Of a stretch of 64,000 nucleotides of DNA, positions 1 through 9,074 are shown piece by piece. Where the stretch lies: assembly GCA_003056285.1 (NCBI GenBank), contig NDWU01000004.1, positions 21,228 to 85,227 of the forward strand. Reading direction: 5' to 3'. Below the pieces are notes generated by a model, which worked only from the letters and a program-made list of their open reading frames with translations, searched no databases and had not been told where the DNA came from. The position numbers were made by a program, and so were the translations under genes. The DNA comes from Candidatus Terraquivivens tikiterensis (lineage in GTDB: Archaea > Thermoproteota > Nitrososphaeria_A > Caldarchaeales > Wolframiiraptoraceae). Positions within the stretch are counted from its first letter, which is position 1. Each line of letters opens with the position of its first letter.

Positions 1-1
1 C

Positions 2-196
2 CTTGCATCAGTCTTTGCTCCGTCCCTCGTCCCTCTCATATCCCAGGCTGTGGGCGTGAGCACTGTAGAAAGCACCATCTTGGTGTTTTTAACTCTGGGC
101 AACGCTACGGTCTCGCTCTACCTTAGCAAAAAGCACGGGTGCATAGCCAAAGCCGTTAAGTTGTTAAAGATGGGCCAGCCAGCTCTGAATGGTTAA
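2..196 (+). CDS. C-terminal fragment of an integral membrane protein; the gene starts upstream of the window
   Basis: Frame-2 reading frame is open from the window edge to TAA at 194-196. Translation LASVFAPSLVPLISQAVGVSTVESTILVFLTLGNATVSLYLSKKHG... is hydrophobic and helix-like. It is absent from the ORF track because no start lies inside the window. Confidence 0.45.
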   Translation, partial: LASVFAPSLVPLISQAVGVSTVESTILVFLTLGNATVSLYLSKKHGCIAKAVKLLKMGQPALNG

Positions 197-370
197 CTTT
201 AACATAACCGCTCGGAGCATACCCTTATTGCGGAAGCGGTTTCACCGAAGGAAGCCTGTGCTCTGTGTATGCGGGGATGATTCCGGTCGCGGAAGCAGGA
301 AACCACTGGCTCGTAGCCTTGGTAGCTCACGTGTTGACCATCCGAGAACGGTTGTTATTTTCCTTAGCTT

Positions 371-631
371 TTATTCTTTCTTCTCCGATTCCTGCTCCGA
401 CTTTGTCTCCTGCGTCAACTCCGGCAAGGGCTCAGGAGCAGGTGTCGTCGCGAGCGTATAACCTATCCACGCGAGTATCGCCAGGATCAACCCAACACCC
501 AAGAAGGCCGTTATCTGGATAGTCAAGAGCTGCCATGGGGTTGGTGACAGGAAGACTAGCCAGAAGTAGAACACCAAGACCGCGATGCTAACTACCATTA
601 TGAGGGCGCCGATCGCTTGGTCCCTATTCAT
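371..631 (-). CDS. Small membrane protein (two predicted TM helices, acidic C-terminal tail), function unknown
   Basis: 86-aa ORF with hydrophobic stretches IGALIMVVSIAVLVFYFWLVF and ITAFLGVGLILAILAWIGY. It sits in a gap between recognisable genes. No family recognised. Confidence 0.45.
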   Translation of the reverse strand: MNRDQAIGALIMVVSIAVLVFYFWLVFLSPTPWQLLTIQITAFLGVGLILAILAWIGYTLATTPAPEPLPELTQETKSEQESEKKE

Positions 632-714
632 GCTCCATCAACTACTCCGTCAGCATAACGTGAGCGAATTTAAGTTTATCGGTAACGAAAACTATGGCAT
701 AAAGGGGAAGGCTG

Positions 715-3576
715 TTGGGCGGCTCATCGAGCGAGGACGTCTTAGAGCTGTTGGCAAAGCCCGTCAGGATGGCCTTCGTTGAGAGGTTTGGAGAGCTGAC
801 GCCTCCTCAAATCGAGAGCATACCGAAGATACTGGAAGGCAAGAACCTTTTGCTGATGGCACCGACTGGTACGGGAAAGACAGAGGCCGCCCTCCTGCCC
901 ATACTAAGCAACTTATTACTAAACCCTGGGCTTCAAGGAATAAAGGTGCTCTACATAACTCCGCTCCGTGCCCTCAACAGGGACATGCTCGAAAGGTTCG
1001 ATTGGTGGGCTAAGAGGCTGGACATAAGGGTATCCGTCAGGCACGGCGATACTGCTGTCGCAGAGAGGAGGACCCAAACCCTAAGCCCACCAGATATACT
1101 GATAACCACACCCGAGACGCTCCAGGCAATCCTATGCGGGAAGGTTCTCAGGAAGCACCTTAAGGGCTTAAGGTGGGTCATCGTAGACGAGGTCCATGAG
1201 CTAGCGACGGACAAGAGGGGTGCTCAGCTCTCCATAGCCCTGGAGAGGCTCTTAGAGATAGTCGGCTCCGAGTTTCAGAGAATAGGCCTCTCTGCCACGG
1301 TCGGCAGCCCTGAGGTTGTAGCCAAGTTCTTGGTAGGGCCTGGAAGGGAGTGCGAGATAGTAAGGGTTCCTGTGGCAAAGGGCATGGCGATAGACGTCAT
1401 ATATCCTGTACCCGAGGAGGAGGATGCTGTACTGGCTGAGGAGCTTGCGATCCTGCCGGATGTAGCATCGAGGCTTAGGACGATAAGGAGGCTGGTGGAG
1501 TCGCACGGCTCGACGCTGATATTCACGAACACGAGGCCTTTGGCCGAGATACTGACAAACAGGTTCAGGGCATGGGACGAGGGGTTCAGCGTAGGGATAC
1601 ACCACGGCTCCCTCGCAAAGTCCGCCAGGATATCGACGGAGCAGGGCCTGAAGGCCGGTACGCTCCTGGGCATAGTCTGCACCTCATCCTTGGAGCTCGG
1701 GATAGACGTGGGCAGGATAGACCTATGCATACAGTACAACTCACCGAGGGAGGTGACGAGGCTAATCCAGAGGGTCGGCAGGAGCGGGCATAGCATAGGC
1801 AGGGTCGCGAAGGGTGTTATACTGGTCATGGATTCGGACGATGCCCTCGAGTCGATCGTGATAGCCAGGAGGGCAATGGCCGAGAGCCTAGAAGAGGTAA
1901 GGATACCGATGAACTGTCTTGACGTCCTGATGCACCAGCTGGCCGGCCTCCTTATAGAGTACGGTCGCGTAAGTGTCGAAGAGGCGCTGAGGATATTTAG
2001 ACGGGCTTACGGGTTCTCCGGGCTTGAAAGGGAAACGCTCGTAAAAGTCCTTGAGCACATGAGGGGGCTGAACATCTGCGCGCTTACGGATGACGGCTAC
2101 TTCCGGAAGCCCGTTAACCCTAAGCCACTCTACGACTACTACTTCGGAAACCTTTCCATGATACCAGAGGAGAGGCAGTACTTGGTCGTCGAAGAGAATA
2201 CCGATGAGCCCGTGGGAATACTGGACGAAGAGTTCGTGGCTGAGTACGGCGAGCCGGGTACGAGGTTCATACTCCTCGGCAGGGCATGGGAGATACTCAG
2301 CACGCTCGGCGAGAGGATCTACGTCAGGAAGCTGGAAGATTACGAGGGCGCTGTGCCATCTTGGGTGGGCGATGAGATACCGGTACCCTACGAGGTTGCG
2401 GAAGAGGTCGGCAGCCTAAGGGCGGAGTACGAGGAGCGCCTCCGTAAGGGCGATCCGCATGAGGTTATCTGTGCCGACATAGCGAGAAGGTACGGCGTAT
2501 CCTGGGACCTTATCTCTAGGAGCATGGCCGAGGTTAGGGCGCACATCGACTCGGGGATACCCGTGCCGACGAACAAGAGGATACTCCTGGAGAGGGCAGG
2601 GGATTACACGGTCATGCACGTACACGGAGGGCTGAGGGTGAACAGGACAATAGCCAAGGTTGTGTCCTACATGCTATCCGAGAAAATCGGAATGCCAGTC
2701 GCCGTCCAGCAAGACCCTTACAGGATAGTCATAAGGTCGAAGTACGTTTACCCGGAACTCGTCCTCGAGGCTATCAAGGGCTTGTCCGAAGAAAATTTCG
2801 GCGAGGTTCTAAGGAAGGCAATCGAAGGCTCGACGCTATTCAGGAGAAGGCTCGTTCATGTAGCAAGAAAGATGGGCGTCATAAGCAAAGAGGCGAGCAT
2901 ACTGGACGTCAGCCTTTCAAAGATCGCTGAGATGCTGAAGGGTACCGTTGCGTACGAAGAGGCGATGTCCTACTGCTTATTCCAGGACTTCGACGAAAGC
3001 GGAGCACGCGAGCTTCTCCGCTCAATACGCACGGGAAGTTACGAGCTAGTAACCTACGCGCCGCCCGATGCCGTTAGCCCATCACCCTTAGCGCTACTCA
3101 CGCTCTGGCGCTACAGAGAGGCTTACGAGGCTGTATCCTCTGATAGGATTGAAAGGCTTGTGCTCACGGCCGTGAGGGCAAGGCTTATGAACGAGGTCGG
3201 CGTTCTCGTATGCTCCGAATGCTATCAATACTTCGATAGGGTAGCGGTCAAGGAAGTTGGGGACGTGCCATCGTGCCCCGTATGCGGTTCTAGGAGGCTC
3301 GGCTTCCTAAAGGGCGAGGTGGAGGAAGTTTACGGCCTGATATCAAGAAAGGGCAAGCCGATAAGCAAGAGGGAAAGGGAGCTGCTAAAAGAGATAAAGA
3401 GGAGCTCGGAGTTGGTGGAAAGGTACGGGAAGGCGGCCCTCGTGGCGCTATCGGGAAAGGGCTTTACAGTTGGCGACGCAGCCAAGGTTTTAGAGAAAGA
3501 GGGGAGCCTAACGAATAGGCTAATACAATGCATAATCGAGGAGGAGAAAAAGAAGCTGGTTGCGAACTTCAGGTAG
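715..3576 (+). CDS. lhr: Lhr-type superfamily-2 DEAD/DEAH-box helicase with C-terminal Cys4 zinc ribbon
   Basis: 953-aa ORF with APTGTGKTE (Walker A), VIVDEVHE (DEVH), GLSAT and QRVGRSGH. It has the long C-terminal extension typical of Lhr-like proteins, ending in CSEC...CPVCG. Start is TTG at 715 or ATG at 769. Confidence 0.9.
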   Translation: MGGSSSEDVLELLAKPVRMAFVERFGELTPPQIESIPKILEGKNLLLMAPTGTGKTEAALLPILSNLLLNPGLQGIKVLYITPLRALNRDMLERFDWWAKRLDIRVSVRHGDTAVAERRTQTLSPPDILITTPETLQAILCGKVLRKHLKGLRWVIVDEVHELATDKRGAQLSIALERLLEIVGSEFQRIGLSATVGSPEVVAKFLVGPGRECEIVRVPVAKGMAIDVIYPVPEEEDAVLAEELAILPDVASRLRTIRRLVESHGSTLIFTNTRPLAEILTNRFRAWDEGFSVGIHHGSLAKSARISTEQGLKAGTLLGIVCTSSLELGIDVGRIDLCIQYNSPREVTRLIQRVGRSGHSIGRVAKGVILVMDSDDALESIVIARRAMAESLEEVRIPMNCLDVLMHQLAGLLIEYGRVSVEEALRIFRRAYGFSGLERETLVKVLEHMRGLNICALTDDGYFRKPVNPKPLYDYYFGNLSMIPEERQYLVVEENTDEPVGILDEEFVAEYGEPGTRFILLGRAWEILSTLGERIYVRKLEDYEGAVPSWVGDEIPVPYEVAEEVGSLRAEYEERLRKGDPHEVICADIARRYGVSWDLISRSMAEVRAHIDSGIPVPTNKRILLERAGDYTVMHVHGGLRVNRTIAKVVSYMLSEKIGMPVAVQQDPYRIVIRSKYVYPELVLEAIKGLSEENFGEVLRKAIEGSTLFRRRLVHVARKMGVISKEASILDVSLSKIAEMLKGTVAYEEAMSYCLFQDFDESGARELLRSIRTGSYELVTYAPPDAVSPSPLALLTLWRYREAYEAVSSDRIERLVLTAVRARLMNEVGVLVCSECYQYFDRVAVKEVGDVPSCPVCGSRRLGFLKGEVEEVYGLISRKGKPISKRERELLKEIKRSSELVERYGKAALVALSGKGFTVGDAAKVLEKEGSLTNRLIQCIIEEEKKKLVANFR

Positions 3577-3577
3577 C

Positions 3578-4033
3578 ATGGTGGAATACAGCATGGGCAA
3601 GGGGTATCCTATGATGCCAGTGGTCGCGGTAGGCGCTCTCGTACTCCGAGACCACGACATACTCCTCGTCAAGAGGAGGAACGAGCCGGGTAAGGGGAAG
3701 TGGTCTATCCCAGGGGGGACCGTAGAGCTTGGTGAGTCTTTGAGGGATGCCGTGGTCAGGGAGGTTTACGAGGAAACCGGCCTGCTGGTTGAGGTGCTCG
3801 AGCTACTGGACGTCGTCGAGGTCATAAGGAAGGATGAGGCTGGCAACATAGCCTTCCACTACGTGATACTGGATTACTTGGCTAAACCAGTCGGCGGTGC
3901 GCTCAGGGCTGCCTCGGACGCCTCAGATGTTCTTTGGGCATCCGTCGAGGAAGCTACGAAGATGGAGATCACGGATACTCTGAGGGGTATGCTTCAAAGA
4001 TTAAAGGAAAAGGGTTCTGCTAGCAGTTTCTGA
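3578..4033 (+). CDS. Nudix hydrolase
   Basis: Nudix box GGTVELGESLRDAVVREVYEETGL. ATG at 3578 lies 2 nt after the lhr stop. The ORF-track start at 3560 would overlap lhr. Confidence 0.85.
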   Translation: MVEYSMGKGYPMMPVVAVGALVLRDHDILLVKRRNEPGKGKWSIPGGTVELGESLRDAVVREVYEETGLLVEVLELLDVVEVIRKDEAGNIAFHYVILDYLAKPVGGALRAASDASDVLWASVEEATKMEITDTLRGMLQRLKEKGSASSF

Positions 4034-4084
4034 ATAGATAGATTTTTATACCAGTTTCTCTCTATTTGTCTATGATGTCTACAT

Positions 4085-4233
4085 TCGAGAAATATCTGAA
4101 GCCTAAGGAGGATAGACCGTAGAACTCTTTGGAAGTGGGTTAAGGAGGGCAAAATAAAGGCTGTTAGGCTTCCAAGTGGCAGGTATAGGTTTCCTGAAAG
4201 CGAGATTAGGCGGATACTGGAAGTTGGAAAATG
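4085..4233 (+). pseudogene. Remnant of a MerR/excisionase-type helix-turn-helix domain, as found at the N-terminus of IS607-type TnpA
   Basis: Start-less frame reads ...IDRRTLWKWVKEGKIKAVRLPSGRYRFPESEIRRILEVGK*. The upstream ATG at 4072 is in another frame and hits a stop after 16 codons. No recombinase catalytic domain follows. Confidence 0.4.
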
Positions 4234-5428
4234 ACTGCGGCAAAGTGCATTCAAATACCTATTGTTCCTTTAACAAGAAGGAAGGAAAGAACATTAAGCG
4301 AGTTGCTTAAAGCCTACAACGATATCGTTCAGCAAAGCATAGATTATGCTATAGAAATGGGGATAACGTCGAGGAAGAGGTTTCATGAAGCTTTGTATGA
4401 AAAATTGCGGGCAAAATATCCGAACTTAGCCTCACACTACATTCATAATAGCTTTGGGTATATGTAAAAGCTTCAGGAAACGTAAAAAACTGGGTTTGAC
4501 GAAAAAGGACAAACCCGAAGTTTCAAACTTAAACTCAATCATGCTCGATGATTACCACCTATTCAAGATTGAAGGTAAGGTTTTAAGGCTCAACATCGGC
4601 GGGGGGCATTTATATTTACCGTTAAAGCCTACAAGATTTCAAGAGCGGCTTCTGGAAGAAATTAGGCAGGGGGCTATGCTCGTCAAAAGGGGGATAGGTG
4701 GTTCTTAAATGCCACGATAAAGCGTGATGTTCAGCCTTATGAGCCTATTGGTGTTATGGCATACGACATAAACGAGAAGAGCGTGGATGCCTTATTAGTA
4801 AAGGAGGAGAAAACCGAATGGATACATATAGACATAAGCGAGGCCAAGCACATACAGAAGAGGTATCAAGAAATTAGAGAGAGGAAACGCAAATATATTA
4901 AAGGCAAAGCTGGAAGGAAGGTAAACAACATCCTCCACGTTGCCACCAAGTTTCTGGTCGAGAAAGCACTTGAGGAGAAGGTTGCGATTGTAACGGAGGA
5001 TATCAAAGGCATCAATAAGGGTATTAACAGGAAGGGAAAAGGTATAAGGCGAAGGTTGAATTTATGGTCTCATGGAAAGGTCAGGTTTCAAATGAATTAC
5101 AAAGCGAATTGGCTTGGAGTCCCAAGGCTTAAAAGATGTGGACGCTAAAAACAATTCCAAGACCTGCCCGATATGTGGGGAAATAAGAGCCCGAAGGGGC
5201 TGGTCTTTTAAATGTAAAAGGTGTGGATATGAAGCATCAAGCCATCTAATAGCCTGCATAAACATCGTTAAGAAAGCCCTACCTCAGATGAGCCGAGTAG
5301 GCATACCGTTCTCGGCGAAAGCCCTAGTATCCCTATCCCCTAAGCGGCTCGTAGCCACAGTGAAGGGGATAGTGGATGTGAGGGAAAACCTCCATAGACA
5401 AATGGTTATAAACATCTATGGAGGTTAG
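4231..5428 (+). pseudogene. tnpB: tnpB (IS605 OrfB-type RNA-guided nuclease) disrupted by three frameshifts
   Basis: ORFs 4231-4467, 4454-4708, 4756-5148 and 5114-5428 are colinear with TnpB: N-terminal region, then YKSFRKRKK, then RuvC-I (GVMAYDINE), then the Zn finger CPICG...CKRCG. Frame changes fall near 4455, near 4690 (A4G5 run) and near 5125. The RuvC-III position reads YEASSHLIACINIV, so the expected DRD Asp is missing. Confidence 0.85.
5389..5424 (+). repeat. Perfect 10-bp inverted repeat (hairpin) overlapping the 3' end of the tnpB pseudogene
   Basis: CCTCCATAGA (5389-5398) pairs with TCTATGGAGG (5415-5424), leaving a 16-nt loop. The position matches where IS200/IS605 right-end and omegaRNA scaffolds lie. 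Confidence 0.7.
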
Positions 5429-5442
5429 AACGGTTTGTTTGA

Positions 5443-6042
5443 TTAGGTTCTCCCCTCTGACCCATCTTTTTGTTGGGTGGGCGATATGTCCATTATGGCT
5501 TTAAGCAGCTCCTTTTCATCCACCTCCGCCAGCGCCCTCCACCCTACCTTGATCGTGTTATCCTCGGCCCTTGTAAGGTAGCCTTTCCTGATGAACCGTT
5601 CTATAGCTGCCTCCACCTTCCACCTCGGAAGCTTTACCTCGATGAGCTCTACCAGCTCCTTCTCCGAGGCCCTACCACCCTTTGTGAATAGATAGGAGAG
5701 CGCTGCCGCCAGTACGGCCACATCCTCTATGTTCCAGCCCGCGGCCACGATGTCGGCGACCGAGAGCGGCTCGGAAAGCGTTACGAAAAACCTGGCCCTA
5801 TCAAAATCCTCCTCTGCCGGGCTACCCCCTAAAGGCTGGTCGAACATTATCTTTACCCTAAGGCCTATGCTGTTCAGCTTGCTGTTCAGGGCGTCGATTA
5901 TCTTCAGGTAATTCCTACCAAGCCTCCTACGTAGCTCCCAACCCCTGACGCCAGGAAGCCTGTGGCTCGAGAAGAGGAGCATGCTGGCTGCTATCGCTAA
6001 CTTCCTGCCTGCCCGTTCGGTTTCGCCCTTTTCCTCATCCAA
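5443..6042 (-). CDS. ScpB-like / KITE-like tandem winged-helix protein, third gene of the SMC-like operon
   Basis: 199 aa. The N-terminal LAIAASMLLFSSHRLPGVRGWELRRRLG resembles the ScpB A.LF.s..pls motif. A second WH-like region is LSYLFTKGGRASEKELVELI...FIRKGYLTRAEDNTIKVG. It overlaps the upstream gene by 8 nt. Confidence 0.6.
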   Translation of the reverse strand: MDEEKGETERAGRKLAIAASMLLFSSHRLPGVRGWELRRRLGRNYLKIIDALNSKLNSIGLRVKIMFDQPLGGSPAEEDFDRARFFVTLSEPLSVADIVAAGWNIEDVAVLAAALSYLFTKGGRASEKELVELIEVKLPRWKVEAAIERFIRKGYLTRAEDNTIKVGWRALAEVDEKELLKAIMDISPTQQKDGSEGRT

Positions 6043-6811
6043 GACCCTTGGGCACCTCTCCGCCCTTTATAGAGACCACGAGGGCCGTTATTTTCTCTCT
6101 TTTTTTCTTCGAGGGGTAAGGTACCACCTTCAACTCTCCCGTAATGGGATTCTTCCTTATATCTGCCAAGCCTTCCGTGACCAAGAAGCTAAGCACGTAC
6201 GCCCTCCACACAACACCCTCGAAGGTTTCGGCGCTCACCAAAGACCAATAGTCCACCTCGCCTTTGCTCCCTGCCATCCTGATGCACGCTTCGTGCATCT
6301 TCTTTATTTCCTCTTCCAGCTCTACACCCTTCGCGTATCCGATCTGGTGCGTAATCTGCAGCCCTTCCCTCGTTAGCGGGAGCTTCTCAAGAGCCCTATC
6401 CCTCGGAGGTAGCATCAAGAAGTATTCCATCCCCTGCCTCAACCTGTAGGGCGTGATCTGCTCCGCTCTGACGATGGGTCTCCAGCTCCTAGCAAGCGCA
6501 GCAGCAAGCTGCCTCGGGTCTGCAGACGCTATCTTTAGAGACACGAGCTGACTGTCTATGAAGAGCGATGAAGCCCTCTCCTTTAACCACTTCTGTTGAA
6601 GAGATATCAGGACGGCTATCCTGTATAGCGTCTCGGCGTCAAGGACTATAGTATCCAGGTCCTTCTGTTCCTCCAGTATACGTCTTAACCTTGCCAAGAG
6701 TTCCTTCACGTTAACGGAGAAAGGGTCTAAGCCCCTCCTCTCGATGGACTCGCAAAGCGCCATTATCCTCTCCAGCTCTTCCCTGCTCACCACCTTTTTT
6801 CCGTATGACAT
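6035..6811 (-). CDS. ScpA-like kleisin
   Basis: 258 aa. The N-terminal GLDPFSVNVKELLARL resembles the ScpA N-domain. The C-terminal EGVVWRAYVLSFLVTEGLADIRKNPITGELKVV resembles the ScpA C-terminal winged helix (FLALLEL.K.g.i...Q). It lies 6 nt downstream of the SMC-like gene. Confidence 0.65.
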   Translation of the reverse strand: MSYGKKVVSREELERIMALCESIERRGLDPFSVNVKELLARLRRILEEQKDLDTIVLDAETLYRIAVLISLQQKWLKERASSLFIDSQLVSLKIASADPRQLAAALARSWRPIVRAEQITPYRLRQGMEYFLMLPPRDRALEKLPLTREGLQITHQIGYAKGVELEEEIKKMHEACIRMAGSKGEVDYWSLVSAETFEGVVWRAYVLSFLVTEGLADIRKNPITGELKVVPYPSKKKREKITALVVSIKGGEVPKGLG

Positions 6812-6817
6812 GCCGCT

Positions 6818-8605
6818 TTACCTTTCCAACAAGCCTACAGACGACCTTCCGCTCACGTTTTGAACGATGATCACGTTTGTGTCCTCATCGACGTTTATGT
6901 AACCTGGCGTGATTATTATATACTGGACGGATGGGTCTGCCTTGGCCGTTGCGGTCAGCATCCTTACCATCCTCTCCCTGTTTAAGGGGTCTAAGTGAAC
7001 GTCGAACTCATCGACGGCCCTGAAGGGCGACTTAACGTGCTTCTGGAGCGCGAGAAGGAATGCGAGCGTTGCCACTATCCTCTCGCCGCCGCTTTGCGTG
7101 TGGGAGTCTAGGAGTACGGGCTCGACACCCCTGAAGCCCACGTAAAGGTCGATGGATGCTTTCTCAAGGTCCTCCAGGTTACGTAGAGATATCTTGCCGT
7201 TTGCGTCTACAGATTTCAATATCTGAACGTAGGCAGGCTCGACCTCTGCCACGAGCTTCCTCAAGAATTCCCTCCAAACCCCCTTCCTATGCTCTACCTC
7301 CTCCCTTGCTTTCTCTATGTTCTCGGATAGCTGCTTGGCCTTCATCTCGACCTCGCTGTACTTGGCATCCGCAAGTATGTACATCTCTTCGGCATTCAGC
7401 GTCACGCTGCCCAAGGAGTTCATCTGGACTTCCAAGAGCTTCAGGTCCTCTTGAATCTCTGCCGGTTTTCTATTCGTTTCGACACGGGGTCCTTTCAGCT
7501 CCGCCTCAGACATCTGGTATGCAAGCTTTGTCTTCAGCTCGCTCAGCTGGGACCTTAGCTTCTTCATCTCGGACTCTATCAGACGTGCCTTGAACCTTGC
7601 GATCCCCTCTTGGACCTTCTCGTCAACGAGCTCGTCTATCAAACCTTCTATCTTTTTTTCTAAATCGTCTAAAAGCTCGGGCGTTCTTGAGCCTTCCTCT
7701 CTTAGCCTACGTATCGTATCGCGAATCCTATCCCGAAGCTTTCCGGCCTCAGAAGCATGCTCTTTAGACTCCTTGTCCAGATCCTCAACCTCCAAGGCAA
7801 GGGATGCGACCTTATCCTCGATCCTCTTTATGTCGTTCTCCAAATTTATGACCTGGGACCAAGCGAGCTCCCGCTCAAGCTCAACCTTATGGGCTTCAAG
7901 CCTCTTAAGCTTCATGAGCTTCTCGTACTCTTCCCTCCAATACTCGACCGTGGCCCTAGCCTCCTCAAGCGTCCTCTTGAGGCTAACCTCCTCTGTCAGG
8001 AGCATATTCAGCTTAGCCTCGGCATCTATTATCCTCTCCCTGAGGCGCGCCGCACCCACAGCATCCTCGACCATCTGGAGCTTCTCGACGCTGCTCTTGG
8101 TCACGAACTGCTCTATCATATTCTGGTGCATCACGATGAGCATGTTGTTAGGGTTGATGCCTACTTGCTTGAGCAGGTGCTCGACCTCAGCCTTCGTCAT
8201 GAACCTGTTGTTCACGTAGTGCCAATAGTCTCCGTTCCTTTTGAGGTACCTTGAAACTGACACAGTGTCCGTGTTTATCGTCCTAAAAGGCCTTCTACCG
8301 TCCCTGGCACCGTTGTTGAACACGACAGTGACCCTGGCGACGTCCTTCCCACGGCGTATCAGGTCGCTTAGACGCTCACCCCTCTCAGTGTATGTCTGCC
8401 CGAGGGCCACGGACAAACCTAGGAGTATTGAGGACTTTCCAGCACCGTTTGGTCCCATTATGACGTTGAGGCCGGGCTTAAACGGTATTCTGGAGTACTC
8501 ATGAGACATGAAGTTTTCTAGGATTACCTCCTTTATGTGCGGAAGATGCTCGGCCCTCTGTTCCAGCTCAAGCCTATCCGCAGACAGCCCGTCAGCGTTC
8601 TCCAC
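6818..8605 (-). CDS. Short SMC-family ATPase (595 aa) with Smc5/6- or Sph-like head motifs, short coiled coil, and no hinge or hook
   Basis: GTG start preceded by GGGAGGAG. Motifs are Walker A GPNGAGKSS, N-terminal ILENFMSH, signature HTQSGGERIV and Walker B/D-loop SPFRAVDEFDVHLD. About 270 aa of heptad-like E/K/L-rich sequence separates the head halves. There are no Cys residues. Confidence 0.8.
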   Translation of the reverse strand: MENADGLSADRLELEQRAEHLPHIKEVILENFMSHEYSRIPFKPGLNVIMGPNGAGKSSILLGLSVALGQTYTERGERLSDLIRRGKDVARVTVVFNNGARDGRRPFRTINTDTVSVSRYLKRNGDYWHYVNNRFMTKAEVEHLLKQVGINPNNMLIVMHQNMIEQFVTKSSVEKLQMVEDAVGAARLRERIIDAEAKLNMLLTEEVSLKRTLEEARATVEYWREEYEKLMKLKRLEAHKVELERELAWSQVINLENDIKRIEDKVASLALEVEDLDKESKEHASEAGKLRDRIRDTIRRLREEGSRTPELLDDLEKKIEGLIDELVDEKVQEGIARFKARLIESEMKKLRSQLSELKTKLAYQMSEAELKGPRVETNRKPAEIQEDLKLLEVQMNSLGSVTLNAEEMYILADAKYSEVEMKAKQLSENIEKAREEVEHRKGVWREFLRKLVAEVEPAYVQILKSVDANGKISLRNLEDLEKASIDLYVGFRGVEPVLLDSHTQSGGERIVATLAFLLALQKHVKSPFRAVDEFDVHLDPLNRERMVRMLTATAKADPSVQYIIITPGYINVDEDTNVIIVQNVSGRSSVGLLER

Positions 8606-9074
8606 TTTCTGTGTTCTCCTCCCTTGCCTTTGGTTTTAACCCCAGTATATTTGGATTATTGAGGATGATACTTAAAGATGCGAATCTTAGAACTTCGGGG
8701 AGAGACGAGACTTATATCTTTGGCCATAGCCCGTTGACTGTTCTTTTTTGTTACTCTGTGAGGTATGCCGTTTACCATTTTTCTTATGGATAGAGCGTTG
8801 GGGGTTGGAGGTCTACTTGATCAGCCTTTCCTCCTGACGAGCATCTTACGTCGCTGACCTTCAGTAAAGCCCTAGCCTCCTTGGGATGATGGGGTCTCGT
8901 AAGACTTGCTGGCGCTAACTTCCTTGATTGTTAAGATCTTGACGTAAGCATTCTCCGCACGCATAGGAGGTATAGGTTAACTTTGGTCAAGCTTGTGGCG
9001 TGCGTGCAGCTATGAGCGCTTCCGGAGGGGCGTAAGCTATTACGTACAACCACTGTGCGTTTGTATCGATACGA

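Larger units (their letters stand above)
4072..5445 (+). mobile_element. Degenerate IS200/IS605-family (IS607-like organisation) element: HTH remnant + frameshifted tnpB + 3' hairpin
   Basis: A short MerR/excisionase-like HTH remnant is followed by four consecutive ORF fragments that together read as one TnpB/OrfB. A perfect 10-bp hairpin sits at the 3' end. Element ends were not identified. Confidence 0.6.

Noticed and set aside
189-522. Plus-strand ORFs 189-461 and 265-522. Also the strings CCGAAGGAAGCC and GCGGAAGCAGG, which look vaguely like SRP helix-8 motifs.
   Set aside because: The ORFs have an implausible composition and overlap the convergent small membrane gene. The RNA-like strings are not embedded in any foldable SRP-like helix, and the region is not GC-enriched.
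7156-8504. Plus-strand ORFs (7156-7593, 7590-8219, 7757-8254, 8241-8504) antisense to the SMC-like gene. Similar shadow ORFs lie inside lhr, rad50, aIF5B (59961-60710), NFACT, AOR and the dehydrogenase gene (12789-13328, 13149-13856).
   Set aside because: They are low-complexity S/L/R/P-rich translations. Each is fully contained in a gene on the other strand that has strong motif support. Long antisense frames of this kind are typical of coiled-coil or GC-biased genes.
8880-8960. Minus-strand string GGAAGUUAGC, resembling the 5S rRNA GGAAGUUAAGC motif.
   Set aside because: The surrounding sequence lacks the 5S CCGAAC/helix pattern, is not GC-rich, and cannot be folded into the three-arm 5S structure.
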